A DNA stretch of 54,987 nucleotides from Pararhizobium sp. (GTDB lineage Bacteria; Pseudomonadota; Alphaproteobacteria; Rhizobiales; Rhizobiaceae), in NCBI GenBank assembly GCA_031556925.1, contig JAVBSF010000184.1, positions 1 through 54,987 of the forward strand. The letters are read 5' to 3'. The notes below the pieces were generated by a model. The model did not search any database. It was not told the DNA's origin and saw nothing but the letters and a program-made list of their open reading frames with translations. Positions 18,934 to 28,739 of the stretch are shown here, one piece after another (position 1 is the first letter of the stretch; each line of letters starts with the position of its first letter). A program made the translations under genes and the position numbers.

Positions 18934-20691
18934 TCAGGCGGCCGTGTGGCTCATGCGGACATCGTCGTCCGTCAGGATGCCGCTGGCGCGCAGCAGCGCG
19001 GCGAAACGGCCATTGCTCTGGCTGAGTTCATTGAAGCCGCCCATCTCGACGATCCGGCCATGATCCATGAAGATCACCAGATCGGCCTCGCGCACGGTGG
19101 AAAGACGGTGCGCGATGATGAAGGTGGTGCGATCCTTGCGCAGATTGTCGATCGCCGTTTTCACACGGTTCTCGGTCTCCACGTCGAGCGCCGATGTTGC
19201 TTCGTCGAGGACGAGGATCGGAGCGTTCTTCAGGATCGCGCGAGCGATCGCGATACGCTGGCGTTCACCGCCCGAGAGGCGGTTGCCGCGTTCGCCGACA
19301 TGGGTGTCGTAGCCGCCCTGGCGACCCTCGATGAAGTCGGCCGCCGCAGCTGCTTCCGCGGCACGCATCACATCGTCACGCGAGGCATCTTCGCGGCCGA
19401 GCTTGATGTTGTCGCAGATCGAGCGGTTGAGCAGGCCGGCATCCTGGAACACGGTGGCGATCGAACGACGCAGCGATTTGCGGGTCACGGTGGAGATATC
19501 GACACCATCGACAAGGATCTTGCCGGATGCGGGCTCATGCACGCGCTGCAGCAGGTTGACCAGCGTGGTCTTGCCGGCGCCGGTGGGGCCGACGATGGCG
19601 ATCGTCTGGCCCGCCCTTGCCGTGAACGAGACATCGCGAAGGCCCTCGTTCGAATTGGCGAAGTTGAAGGACACGTCGCGGAATTCGACTTCACCTTTCA
19701 CATGGTTCAGCTCGCCGGCATCAGCGGCCTCCTCGCGCTCACGGACCGAATCTTCAAGAACAAAAAAGTCTTCGAGCTTGGCGCGTGCCTCGAAAATCTG
19801 CGTGACGAAGGCTTTCATCTGGTCGAGGCGACCAATGAGAAGGCCGGCGAAGCCGATAAACGCGATGACGTCGCCGATGCCAAGTTCACCACGCTGAACG
19901 AGGACCGTACCGATCACGAGGATCGCCATCATCGAGATGGTGGAAGCCATGCGGTTCAGCGCCGATGCCAGCGCCCACCAGTCGAGAACCGGCAGCTGGG
20001 CGGAAATCAGCTTGCCGGTGAATTCCTTGAGCGCGCGGGTTTCCGCTTCGATGCGGTTGTAGCTGTGCACGACCGAGACGTTGCTGATCGAGTCCGAAAC
20101 GTGGGAAAAGACGGTGTGATAGTGGTTTTCGACCGAGGCCTGGCCTTCCTTGGTCTTGGTCATCACCATCTTGCCGATGATGACATAGAGAATGCCAAGG
20201 ACCAGCAGGACGGCCGAAAGGCGTACGTCCATGGCAATCGCGGTCGGAACGAGCAGCATCAGCGCGACGGCGGTCGCCAGATGCTGGCGCATGAATTCGA
20301 GCCAGAGGCCGAACAGCGTCTCGCAGGCGCGCAGCAGGGTGTGCAGCGCATTGGAGGTGCCGCGCTGGGTGTGCCACGACAGCGGCATCGCGATAATGCG
20401 GCCGAAGGCCTCGGTGATCAGCGTCGAGCGGCGGGTATGGGCAAGCCTGTCGGCCTCGCGGGCGACAAGAACGAAGGCGATGGTGTTGAAAACGCCGAGG
20501 CCGGCCCAGAGGAGGAGCATCGAGGAAACACCCTGCTTGGAGGAGATGGCATCGATGATGCGGCCGAACAGGACAGGCTCTGCAATGGTGATCGCCGCCA
20601 GCACGATATTGGCCAGCACGATCGCCGAAACGCGAAACTTGTGAACGCCGAGATACTGAAGCGCCCTTGCATAGACCTGAAACAATGACAC
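18934..20691 (-). CDS. ndvA: Cyclic beta-1,2-glucan ABC exporter (NdvA/ChvA)
   Basis: GTG start, MSLFQVYARAL. Membrane domain with LVAREADRLAH and LWLEFMRQHL, Walker A GPTGAGKT, LSGGERQR, ILVLDEATSALD. Confidence 0.95.
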   Translation of the reverse strand: MSLFQVYARALQYLGVHKFRVSAIVLANIVLAAITIAEPVLFGRIIDAISSKQGVSSMLLLWAGLGVFNTIAFVLVAREADRLAHTRRSTLITEAFGRIIAMPLSWHTQRGTSNALHTLLRACETLFGLWLEFMRQHLATAVALMLLVPTAIAMDVRLSAVLLVLGILYVIIGKMVMTKTKEGQASVENHYHTVFSHVSDSISNVSVVHSYNRIEAETRALKEFTGKLISAQLPVLDWWALASALNRMASTISMMAILVIGTVLVQRGELGIGDVIAFIGFAGLLIGRLDQMKAFVTQIFEARAKLEDFFVLEDSVREREEAADAGELNHVKGEVEFRDVSFNFANSNEGLRDVSFTARAGQTIAIVGPTGAGKTTLVNLLQRVHEPASGKILVDGVDISTVTRKSLRRSIATVFQDAGLLNRSICDNIKLGREDASRDDVMRAAEAAAAADFIEGRQGGYDTHVGERGNRLSGGERQRIAIARAILKNAPILVLDEATSALDVETENRVKTAIDNLRKDRTTFIIAHRLSTVREADLVIFMDHGRIVEMGGFNELSQSNGRFAALLRASGILTDDDVRMSHTAA

Positions 20692-21092
20692 GGTCTCAAT
20701 TCCTTGTTGTCAACTGTCGAGTGCGGCGCGTATCCGTCCTTGCCGCCGGGAGATCGATCTCACCGTTTCCCGTTTACGAGATTGCTCGCGTACGTTTGTG
20801 GAACCGGCTGGAGAATCTCCCTATTCATTCCATCAGCAGGGTCGGCTAAACAGCTTTCGGGTGTGTGCGGACAAAACAAACTTCGATTCGAGCCCGGCGG
20901 AGGCCGAGGAAGGATTTCGATAGCTTGCTATTGTTTGTCTCTTGCAGTGACCTGCGAAACACGTTTATGCCGTACCTTGACTTAACGTTGGAGATTATCG
21001 CGACTGCAACATGAATGAGGGCTGAACGATCCTTTCATGCTGCGCTGCGGGAGCGCGCCGGTCGCGAGATCATGGACCCAGAGGAAATTCGG

Positions 21093-21833
21093 ATGAATGA
21101 GGCATTGCTGGCGAACTATCTCGGCTTGATCGACGAGATGAAGACCAAGGGCGAAATCATCAAGGAATTCGAACGTATTCTCGATATCTTCGGTTTTGAC
21201 TACTATGGCGTCGTGCGCCAGCCCAAGCCGAACGAAAATCCGCTGAGCCTTCTTTTGGCCGGCCGCTGGCCGGATGGCTGGCCGCAGATCTACATCAAGA
21301 AAAAATATGTCATCATCGATCCGACGATCCGCTATCTCGGCCATGCCCAGCGCGGGTTTCGCTGGCGCGATACCGTGGTGGCCTTCCGCTCGGACCCGCA
21401 TCGAAAACGCATGGAACGCATGATGGTCGAAGCCCGGGGGCACGGTCTTCATGATGGCTACATCTTCCCCGTGCACGGCCGTCGCGGCCTCCTGGGAAAT
21501 ATGACGATCGGCGGCCGTGTCGTGGATCTCGGCCCGATCGAAATGAGTCTTTTCGATGCGATCGCCAAGAAGTTGTTCTGGCGGCTTCTGGAGCTGACGG
21601 ACCCTGCAATATCGCAGGAAATGATATCGAGCGTCGATGTGCAGATGACCCGCCGCGAGATGGAGGCGCTCAATTACCTGGCCGACGGCATGACCTCGAA
21701 CGAGATCAGCAAGGTTTTGAATATTTCCAACCATACCGTCGACTGGTACATGAACGGCATTCAGGAAAAGCTGAAGGCGAAGAACCGCCACCATGTCGTC
21801 GCCCTGTCCTTCCGGCTCGGCTTGATCAGCTGA
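21093..21833 (+). CDS. expR: LuxR-family AHL-responsive regulator (ExpR/AviR orthologue)
   Basis: Start at MNEALL (ATG 21093). Autoinducer-binding domain WPDGWPQIYIKKKYVIIDPTI...GFRWRD and HTH MTRREMEAL...ISNHTVDWYMNGIQEKL. Its position between ndvA and pyc matches the known expR locus. Confidence 0.87.
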   Translation: MNEALLANYLGLIDEMKTKGEIIKEFERILDIFGFDYYGVVRQPKPNENPLSLLLAGRWPDGWPQIYIKKKYVIIDPTIRYLGHAQRGFRWRDTVVAFRSDPHRKRMERMMVEARGHGLHDGYIFPVHGRRGLLGNMTIGGRVVDLGPIEMSLFDAIAKKLFWRLLELTDPAISQEMISSVDVQMTRREMEALNYLADGMTSNEISKVLNISNHTVDWYMNGIQEKLKAKNRHHVVALSFRLGLIS

Positions 21834-21922
21834 GGAAAACCGGTCGCGACAGGACGCCTGTCGCTGCCAAAATGGCTGTCACGCACCTGTCACGAGAATC
21901 GTATTCGGGCCTCGAAAGGGAA

Positions 21923-21951
21923 ATTGAACTTCCTCAAACGAAACGCTAATA
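21923..21951 (+). promoter_or_regulatory. Candidate sigma70 promoter of pyc
   Basis: ATTGAA-N17-CTAATA about 50 nt upstream of the start codon. Confidence 0.35.
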
Positions 21952-22002
21952 GTGTATTTCGCGGTGCAGCATTTCCGTGTTTCAAGTCTTGAGGAGTCCG
22001 AC

Positions 22003-25000
22003 TTGCCCATTTCCAAAATCCTAGTTGCGAACCGTTCAGAGATTGCGATTCGCGTTTTTCGCGCTGCCAACGAGCTTGGAATTAAGACGGTTGCGATATG
22101 GGCGGAGGAAGACAAACTTGCACTGCACCGCTTCAAGGCGGATGAAAGCTACCAGATTGGCCGCGGCCCGCATCTGGCCCGCGATCTCGGTCCGATCGAG
22201 AGCTATCTTTCGATCGATGAAGTGATCCGTGTGGCCAAGCTTTCCGGGGCCGATGCGATCCATCCGGGTTATGGACTTCTGTCGGAAAGCCCCGAATTCG
22301 TCGATGCCTGCCATGCCGCGGGCATCATCTTCATCGGCCCGACCGGGGATACGATGCGGCGTCTGGGCAACAAGGTGGCGGCGCGCAATCTGGCGATCGA
22401 GATCGGCGTTCCGGTGGTGCCGGCCACCGATCCGCTGCCGGATGACGAAGCGGAAATCCGCCGTCTTGCCGACGAGATCGGCTATCCCGTCATGCTCAAG
22501 GCCTCCTGGGGCGGCGGCGGGCGCGGCATGCGCGCCATTCGTGACCCGAAGGATCTGATCCGTGAAGTGACTGAAGCCAGGCGCGAGGCCAAGGCCGCCT
22601 TCGGCAAGGACGAGGTCTATCTGGAAAAGCTGGTGGAACGCGCCCGTCACGTCGAAAGCCAGGTGCTCGGCGATACCCACGGCAATGTCGTCCACCTGTT
22701 CGAGCGCGACTGCTCGGTGCAGCGCCGCAACCAGAAGGTCGTCGAGCGCGCACCGGCGCCCTATCTGACGGAAGCGCAGAGACAGGAACTGGCGGGATAT
22801 TCGACCCGGATTGCAGAGGCGACGAACTACATCGGCGCCGGTACAGTCGAATATCTGATGGATATGGACTCGGGAAAATTCTACTTTATCGAGGTCAATC
22901 CGCGCATCCAGGTCGAGCACACCGTCACCGAAGTCGTGACCGGCATCGATATCGTCAAGGCGCAGATCCATATCCTCGAGGGCGCGGCCATCGGTACGCC
23001 GGAATCGGGCGTGCCGAAGCAGGAGGACATCCGACTCAACGGCCATGCCCTGCAATGCCGCATCACCACGGAAGACCCGGAACAGAACTTCATTCCCGAC
23101 TATGGCCGCATCACCGGCTATCGCTCGGCTTCGGGCTTCGGCATCCGCCTCGACGGCGGCACGGCCTATCCGGGCGCGGTCATCACCCGTTTCTACGATC
23201 CGCTTCTGGTCAAGGTCACGGCCTGGTCGCCGAACCCGCAGGAAACCATCGCCCGCATGGACCGCGCGCTGCGCGAATTCCGTATCCGCGGCGTGGCGAC
23301 CAATCTCACCTTCCTCGAAGCGATCATCTCGCACCCGAAGTTCAAGGACAACAGCTACACTACCCGGTTCATCGACACGACGCCGGAGCTGTTCCAGCAG
23401 GTCAAGCGCCAGGACCGCGCGACCAAGCTCCTGACCTATCTGGCCGACGTCACCGTCAACGGCCATCCCGAAGCCAAGGGGCGGCCGAAGCCGAATGCCG
23501 ATGCGGCCAAGCCGATCGTTCCCTTCATCGATGCGCCGGTACAGGCCGGCACAAAGCAGAAGCTCGATGAACTCGGGCCGAAGAAATTCGCCGAATGGGT
23601 GCGCGGCGAAAAGCGCGTGCTGATGACGGACACGACGATGCGCGACGGCCACCAGTCGCTGCTTGCGACCCGCGTGCGCACCTATGACATCGCCCGCATC
23701 GCCAACACATATGCCAGGGCCTTGCCGAACCTCTTCTCGCTGGAATGCTGGGGCGGCGCGACCTTCGACGTTTCCATGCGCTTCCTGACGGAAGACCCGT
23801 GGGAGCGTCTGGCAAAGGTGCGCGAGGATGCGCCGAACCTGCTTTTGCAGATGCTTTTGCGCGGCGCCAACGGTGTCGGCTACAAGAACTATCCCGACAA
23901 TGTCGTGAAGTATTTTGTTCGTCAGGCGGCCAAAGGCGGCATCGACGTGTTCCGCGTCTTCGACTGCCTGAACTGGGTCGACAACATGCGCGTGTCGATG
24001 GATGCCGTCATCGAGGAGAACAGGATCTGCGAGGCGGTGATCTGCTACACCGGCGATATCCTGAACTCGGTCCGCCCGAAATACGACCTGAAGTACTACG
24101 CTTCGCTTGCCGCCGATCTCGAAAAGGCCGGCGCGCATATGATCGCGCTGAAGGACATGGCCGGCCTTCTGAAGCCGGCCGCCGCCAGGGTGCTGTTCAA
24201 GGCGCTGCGCGAAGCGACCGACCTGCCGATCCACTTCCACACGCACGATACCTCGGGTATTGCGGCCGCGACTGTGCTTGCCGCCGTCGATGCCGGCGTC
24301 GATGTCGTAGATGCGGCCATGGATGCCTTCTCCGGCAACACCTCGCAGCCGTGCCTGGGCTCGATCATCGAGGCGCTGAAGGGGTCCGAGCGCGATCCCG
24401 GCCTCGATCCGGAATGGATCCGCCGCATCTCGTTCTACTGGGAAGCGGTGCGCAACCAGTACGCCGCCTTCGAAAGCGACCTCAAGGGACCGGCATCTGA
24501 AGTCTACCTGCATGAGATGCCGGGCGGCCAGTTCACCAATCTCAAGGAGCAGGCCCGTTCGCTCGGTCTCGAAACCCGCTGGCATCAGGTGGCGCAGGCC
24601 TATGCCGACGCCAACCAGATGTTCGGCGATATCGTCAAAGTGACGCCGTCCTCCAAGGTGGTCGGTGACATGGCCTTGATGATGGTGAGCCAAGACCTGA
24701 CGGTGGCCGATGTCGAGAACCCGGAAAAGGACGTGTCCTTCCCGGATTCGGTCGTGTCGATGCTGAAGGGCGATCTCGGCCAGCCTCCGGGCGGATGGCC
24801 GAAGGCGTTGCAGAAGAAGGCGCTGAAGGGCGAGGAAGCTTACACTGCCGTTCCCGGCTCGCTTCTGGCGCCGGCCGATCTCGATGCCGAGCGCAAGGCG
24901 ATCGAGACCAAGCTGGAACGCGCGGTTTCCGACTTCGAGTTCGCGTCCTATCTGATGTATCCGAAGGTCTTCACCGACTATGCGCTGGCGGCCGATACCT

Positions 25001-25461
25001 ATGGTCCGGTCAGCGTCCTGCCGACGCCGGCCTATTTCTACGGGCTTTCGACCGGCGAGGAACTGCTGCCGGAACTGGAAAAGGGTGTGTCCCTGGTCAT
25101 CCTGCATCAAGCCAGGAGCGAGCCGGACGAACAGGCCATGGTCAAGGTGTTCTTCGAACTCAACGGCCAGCCGCGTCTGATCAAGGTTCCCGACCGCAAC
25201 CGAGCGGCGTCCTCGGCCGTTCGCCGCAAGGCCGATGCCGGCAGTGCCCTCCATCTCGGCGCGCCGATGCCGGGCGTCATCTCCACCGTCGCGGTCTGCG
25301 CCGGCCAGTCCGTCAAGGCGGGCGATGTCCTCTTGTCCATCGAAGCGATGAAGATGGAAACCGCGCTCCATGCCGAAAAGGACGCAACCATCGCCGAAGT
25401 CCTCGTCAAAACAGGAGACCAGATCGATACAAAGGATCTCCTCATCGTATATGGCGAATGA
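22003..25461 (+). CDS. pyc: Pyruvate carboxylase
   Basis: TTG start at 22003 after GAGGAG. KILVANRSEIAIR, GGGGRGMR, RDGHQSL, HTHDT and the biotinyl motif EAMKM. Confidence 0.98.
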   Translation: MPISKILVANRSEIAIRVFRAANELGIKTVAIWAEEDKLALHRFKADESYQIGRGPHLARDLGPIESYLSIDEVIRVAKLSGADAIHPGYGLLSESPEFVDACHAAGIIFIGPTGDTMRRLGNKVAARNLAIEIGVPVVPATDPLPDDEAEIRRLADEIGYPVMLKASWGGGGRGMRAIRDPKDLIREVTEARREAKAAFGKDEVYLEKLVERARHVESQVLGDTHGNVVHLFERDCSVQRRNQKVVERAPAPYLTEAQRQELAGYSTRIAEATNYIGAGTVEYLMDMDSGKFYFIEVNPRIQVEHTVTEVVTGIDIVKAQIHILEGAAIGTPESGVPKQEDIRLNGHALQCRITTEDPEQNFIPDYGRITGYRSASGFGIRLDGGTAYPGAVITRFYDPLLVKVTAWSPNPQETIARMDRALREFRIRGVATNLTFLEAIISHPKFKDNSYTTRFIDTTPELFQQVKRQDRATKLLTYLADVTVNGHPEAKGRPKPNADAAKPIVPFIDAPVQAGTKQKLDELGPKKFAEWVRGEKRVLMTDTTMRDGHQSLLATRVRTYDIARIANTYARALPNLFSLECWGGATFDVSMRFLTEDPWERLAKVREDAPNLLLQMLLRGANGVGYKNYPDNVVKYFVRQAAKGGIDVFRVFDCLNWVDNMRVSMDAVIEENRICEAVICYTGDILNSVRPKYDLKYYASLAADLEKAGAHMIALKDMAGLLKPAAARVLFKALREATDLPIHFHTHDTSGIAAATVLAAVDAGVDVVDAAMDAFSGNTSQPCLGSIIEALKGSERDPGLDPEWIRRISFYWEAVRNQYAAFESDLKGPASEVYLHEMPGGQFTNLKEQARSLGLETRWHQVAQAYADANQMFGDIVKVTPSSKVVGDMALMMVSQDLTVADVENPEKDVSFPDSVVSMLKGDLGQPPGGWPKALQKKALKGEEAYTAVPGSLLAPADLDAERKAIETKLERAVSDFEFASYLMYPKVFTDYALAADTYGPVSVLPTPAYFYGLSTGEELLPELEKGVSLVILHQARSEPDEQAMVKVFFELNGQPRLIKVPDRNRAASSAVRRKADAGSALHLGAPMPGVISTVAVCAGQSVKAGDVLLSIEAMKMETALHAEKDATIAEVLVKTGDQIDTKDLLIVYGE

Positions 25462-25521
25462 GGTCGAATCATTCCGGAGGCGCAAGCCTCCGGAAACGTC
25501 CCGGTTGATGCCGGTCGCTTC

Positions 25522-26136
25522 TCAGCCTTTGGCAGCGAGCGCTTTTTCGATCGCCGGATAAAGACCTTCCTTCAGGCTGCGTTCGTCGAAGGGGCCGACG
25601 CGCTTGTAGAGGATCGTTCCGTCTGTCCCGACGAGGTAGGATTCCGGTATTCCATAGACTCCCCAGTCGATGGCGGCCTTGCCACGCGGATCGACGCCGA
25701 TGGCGGAAAACGGATTGCCGAGTTCGCCCAGGAAACTCAGCGCATTTTCCGTCTTGTCCTTGTAGTTGATGCCGACGACCTGCAGGCGTGGATCCTTCGC
25801 AAGCGCAAGGATGATCGGGTTCTCCTCGCGACAGGGAATGCACCACGAGGCCCAGATGTTGACCAGTGTCAACTTGCCCTTGATCGCGGCGTCGGTCAGC
25901 GGCGGCATGGGGATGCCGGCGAGGCTTGCCCCTTCCAGCGGCGGCATCTCCAGGCTCGGCGCCCTGGTGCCGATCAGCGCGGAGGGGATTTCGCTGATAT
26001 CGCGGCCGGAATCGAGCTGGCTCCAGAAGATAGCGGCAAGGCCGCCGAAGATCGCAAGCGGCAGGAGTGCCAGCGCGTAACGGGCTCTCCCCGGCTGCTG
26101 CGCCGTTTCGCCGCCGTTTCCGATATCGTCGCTCAT
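25522..26136 (-). CDS. ccmG: Thiol:disulfide interchange protein CcmG/DsbE
   Basis: N-terminal membrane anchor, WASWCIPC, GVYGIPE. Confidence 0.93.
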   Translation of the reverse strand: MSDDIGNGGETAQQPGRARYALALLPLAIFGGLAAIFWSQLDSGRDISEIPSALIGTRAPSLEMPPLEGASLAGIPMPPLTDAAIKGKLTLVNIWASWCIPCREENPIILALAKDPRLQVVGINYKDKTENALSFLGELGNPFSAIGVDPRGKAAIDWGVYGIPESYLVGTDGTILYKRVGPFDERSLKEGLYPAIEKALAAKG

Positions 26137-26300
26137 GAGAGGCGTCCGGCCTGCGAGCGCCGGCGGATGCCGGCATCTTCCAGTGTCTTCAATTCCTTCT
26201 GGCGAGCCCGCCCGTCGAAAAACACCCAGCCGATCAGGGTAAGGATCAGAATGGCGGCTGCGGCATAGCTTGCGGCGACATAGGCGAAGTGTGCGGACAT
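26133..26300 (-). CDS. ccmD: Heme exporter protein CcmD
   Basis: 55 aa MSAHFAYVAASYAAAAILILTLIGWVFFDGRARQKELKTLEDAGIRRRS...; single TM helix plus basic tail, between ccmC and ccmG with an ATGA overlap. Confidence 0.9.
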   Translation of the reverse strand: MSAHFAYVAASYAAAAILILTLIGWVFFDGRARQKELKTLEDAGIRRRSQAGRLS

Positions 26301-26302
26301 GC

Positions 26303-27064
26303 TCAAGCCTCCCGCCCGATGCTGCGAGCGGCCTGCCGGCGCAGCGCCATCACGCGGCGGCGCCAGATCTCGTTGCGCATCGCGGCGATGTGGAGCGTGA
26401 AGAACAGAAGCGTATAGGCGATCGCCATCACCAGCAGCGGTCGCAGGAATTCGGGATCGATGGTCGGGCCGTCGAGGCGCACCACGCTTGCCGGCTGGTG
26501 CAGCGTGTTCCACCACTCGACCGAGAATTTGATGATCGGGATGTTGACGAAGCCGATCAGGATCAGGATGGCGCAGACCTTCGCCGCCTTGCCCGGTTCG
26601 TCCATTGCCCGGTTGAGCGCGATGATGCCGAGATACATCAGGAACAACACGAAAACCGAGGTGAGCCGCGCATCCCAGACCCACCATGTTCCCCACATCG
26701 GCTTGCCCCAGAGCGACCCTGTGACAAGGGCCATGAGGGTGAAAGCCGCGCCGATCGGAGCGGCGGCCCTGGCGGAGACGTCGGCCAGCGGATGACGCCA
26801 GACAAGCGTGCCGAGAGCCGAAATCGCCATCACCGTATAACACATCATCGACAGCCAGGCGGCGGGCACATGGATATACATGATGCGCACCGTTTCGCCC
26901 TGCTGGTAGTCGCCCTCGGTGGTGAAGGCGAGATAGAGGCCAGCGAGGAAGAGCATCGCCGTCGCGCCGGTCAACCAGGGCAGCAGGCGCGCGGCCAGCG
27001 CCAGAAACCGGGTCGGGTTGGCGAGATCGCTGAATTTTCGGATAGCAAGGCTGTTGTCGGTCAT
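26303..27064 (-). CDS. ccmC: Heme exporter permease CcmC
   Basis: IMYIHVP, tryptophan-rich WGKPMWGTWWVWDARLT, and WWNTLHQ. Confidence 0.97.
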   Translation of the reverse strand: MTDNSLAIRKFSDLANPTRFLALAARLLPWLTGATAMLFLAGLYLAFTTEGDYQQGETVRIMYIHVPAAWLSMMCYTVMAISALGTLVWRHPLADVSARAAAPIGAAFTLMALVTGSLWGKPMWGTWWVWDARLTSVFVLFLMYLGIIALNRAMDEPGKAAKVCAILILIGFVNIPIIKFSVEWWNTLHQPASVVRLDGPTIDPEFLRPLLVMAIAYTLLFFTLHIAAMRNEIWRRRVMALRRQAARSIGREA

Positions 27065-27124
27065 GACGGTTCTTTAACGCGGATTGCCCCCTGCTTCAAT
27101 TGATCGGGATCAATCACATTTCTG

Positions 27125-27784
27125 TCAGTCGGAGGAGGAGCGCAGCGCCGCGGCGGCCGCGACCGGACCGATCACCGCAAAAAACAGGGTGATGGCGATC
27201 AGGATCGTCAGCGGCGGCAGGAAGGGCGCCGGCTCCTGCGTGGCCGCGTAGGCTGCGCTGACGCCGAAGATCAGCACGGGAATAGCCAGCGGCAGTACCA
27301 GGATCGACACAAGCAGGCCGCCGCGCGGCAGGGCAACGGCAACGCCGGCGCCGGCTGCGCCGATGAAGGTGATCGCCGGTGTGCCGAGGAGGAGCGTCAG
27401 CATCGTCGCGCCGATGGCGAGGCCATCCATGTTCATGAACAGGCCGAGCAGGGGGGCGGCAAGGACGAGGGGCAGGCCCGACGCCGTCCAGTGGGCAAGG
27501 CATTTGACCAGCACGGTCAGCACCAACGGCGTTTCCTGCATCAGCATCAGGTCGAGCGAACCGTCCTCACGCTCGGCTTGAAACAGGCGGTCGAGGCCGA
27601 GAAGGCAGGAGAGCAGGGCGCCGATCCATAAGATCGCCGGGCCGATACGGGAGAGTAGGTTGAGGTCCGGACCGATGGCGAAGGGCACGACGGCGACGAC
27701 GGTCAGAAAAAAGAGGACGCCGATCAGGGCCCCGCCTCCGGCTCGAACCGAGAGATTTATGTCGCGCAGGAAGAGGGCGATCAT
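27125..27784 (-). CDS. ccmB: Heme exporter permease CcmB
   Basis: Start MIALFLRD (ATG 27784); LDRLFQAEREDGSLD and LVLPLAIPVLIFG. Confidence 0.94.
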   Translation of the reverse strand: MIALFLRDINLSVRAGGGALIGVLFFLTVVAVVPFAIGPDLNLLSRIGPAILWIGALLSCLLGLDRLFQAEREDGSLDLMLMQETPLVLTVLVKCLAHWTASGLPLVLAAPLLGLFMNMDGLAIGATMLTLLLGTPAITFIGAAGAGVAVALPRGGLLVSILVLPLAIPVLIFGVSAAYAATQEPAPFLPPLTILIAITLFFAVIGPVAAAAALRSSSD

Positions 27785-27836
27785 GGGTGAAGCACCATCT
27801 TGAGGAGACTGAGCGTGGCAAACACAGAGCCCACCA

Positions 27837-28478
27837 TCACGCCATCTCCGCGAACTCGAAGCCGCGCATTTCAAGTTTGCGCGTGTTTTCCAGCCCGAGC
27901 GGCTGGTGCGTTGCCGCAAGCGCAATGCCACCTTTCGCCAGATGCGCCTTTACCAACCCTGCAAACATCCTGTCCGAAGCCGCATCCAGCGCTGCCGTGG
28001 GCTCGTCGAGAATCCAGATCGGCCGCCAGGCAACAAGAAGCCTGGCCATGGCCATGCGCCGCTGCTGGCCGGCCGAGAGATAGCCGAACGGCAGATGTCC
28101 GATGCCGGGCAAGCCCACGGCCTCTTCGGCTTGGGACACTTGCATGCCGCAACCGCCGGGCTGATCGCCCATGAAGCTTTTCCAGAAGGTGAGGTTTTCC
28201 TCCACGGTCAGCTCGCGCTTCATGCCGTTGCGGTGACCGAGATAGTGACAGAGTTCGCGCGGATGGCCGATGTCCGCCGCCGATCCCGTCACGGAGACGG
28301 TGCCTTTCTCGGGCGTCAGAAGCCCTGCCACGACGCGCAGAAGCGTCGATTTGCCCGAGCCGTTCGGTCCCGTGACGATCAGAGCTTCCGCGGCGCCGAG
28401 AGCGAAGGAAATGTCCTTGAAAATCAGGTCTTCGCCGCGCTTTGCGCCGAGTCCCGCGGCGACGAGGCTGAGGGGCAT
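27837..28478 (-). CDS. ccmA: Heme ABC exporter ATPase CcmA
   Basis: Start MPLSLV (ATG 28478); GPNGSGKS, YLGHRNGMK, LSAGQQRR, WILDEP. Confidence 0.94.
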   Translation of the reverse strand: MPLSLVAAGLGAKRGEDLIFKDISFALGAAEALIVTGPNGSGKSTLLRVVAGLLTPEKGTVSVTGSAADIGHPRELCHYLGHRNGMKRELTVEENLTFWKSFMGDQPGGCGMQVSQAEEAVGLPGIGHLPFGYLSAGQQRRMAMARLLVAWRPIWILDEPTAALDAASDRMFAGLVKAHLAKGGIALAATHQPLGLENTRKLEMRGFEFAEMA

Positions 28479-28540
28479 GGATCTTCCTTCTACGACCTTG
28501 GCCGCAATACAAAAATTGTCCCGATTGAGGGAAGGTTGGT

Positions 28541-28569
28541 CTGGCACGTTTCGGAGAAATTATCTATAA
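28541..28569 (+). promoter_or_regulatory. Candidate sigma70 promoter of acnA
   Basis: CTGGCA-N17-CTATAA, similar to the rhizobial CTTGAC-N17-CTATAT consensus. Confidence 0.4.
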
Positions 28570-28739
28570 CCGGGCCAACACGCCAGCGGCCGGCGTGAAT
28601 TTCATCCAGGCGCCGAACATGGATTCTTTCCACGTACGGACAGCGGAAATGGCCGCACCCGCATCCCATATCGCGCTTTGCAGCGTTCGGGCGTTCGTAC
28701 GTCAGGTGTTGGCGATCAAACGGAACGGGGTATTATCCA

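Noticed and set aside
22036-25485. 1149-aa ORF antisense to pyc, and similar long antisense ORFs over acnA (28893-31160), ndvA (18928-20688) and ndvB (10946-13090)
   Set aside because: They are codon-aligned mirrors of real genes, an expected by-product of high GC3 codon bias, and carry no recognisable motifs.
26133-26843. 236-aa ORF suggesting an extended CcmD
   Set aside because: Only the last 55 codons are CcmD; the rest is an alternative frame inside ccmC.
25522-28478. ccm cluster lacking ccmE, ccmF and ccmH
   Set aside because: A split between ccmABCDG (next to acnA) and ccmIEFH is the normal arrangement in rhizobia.
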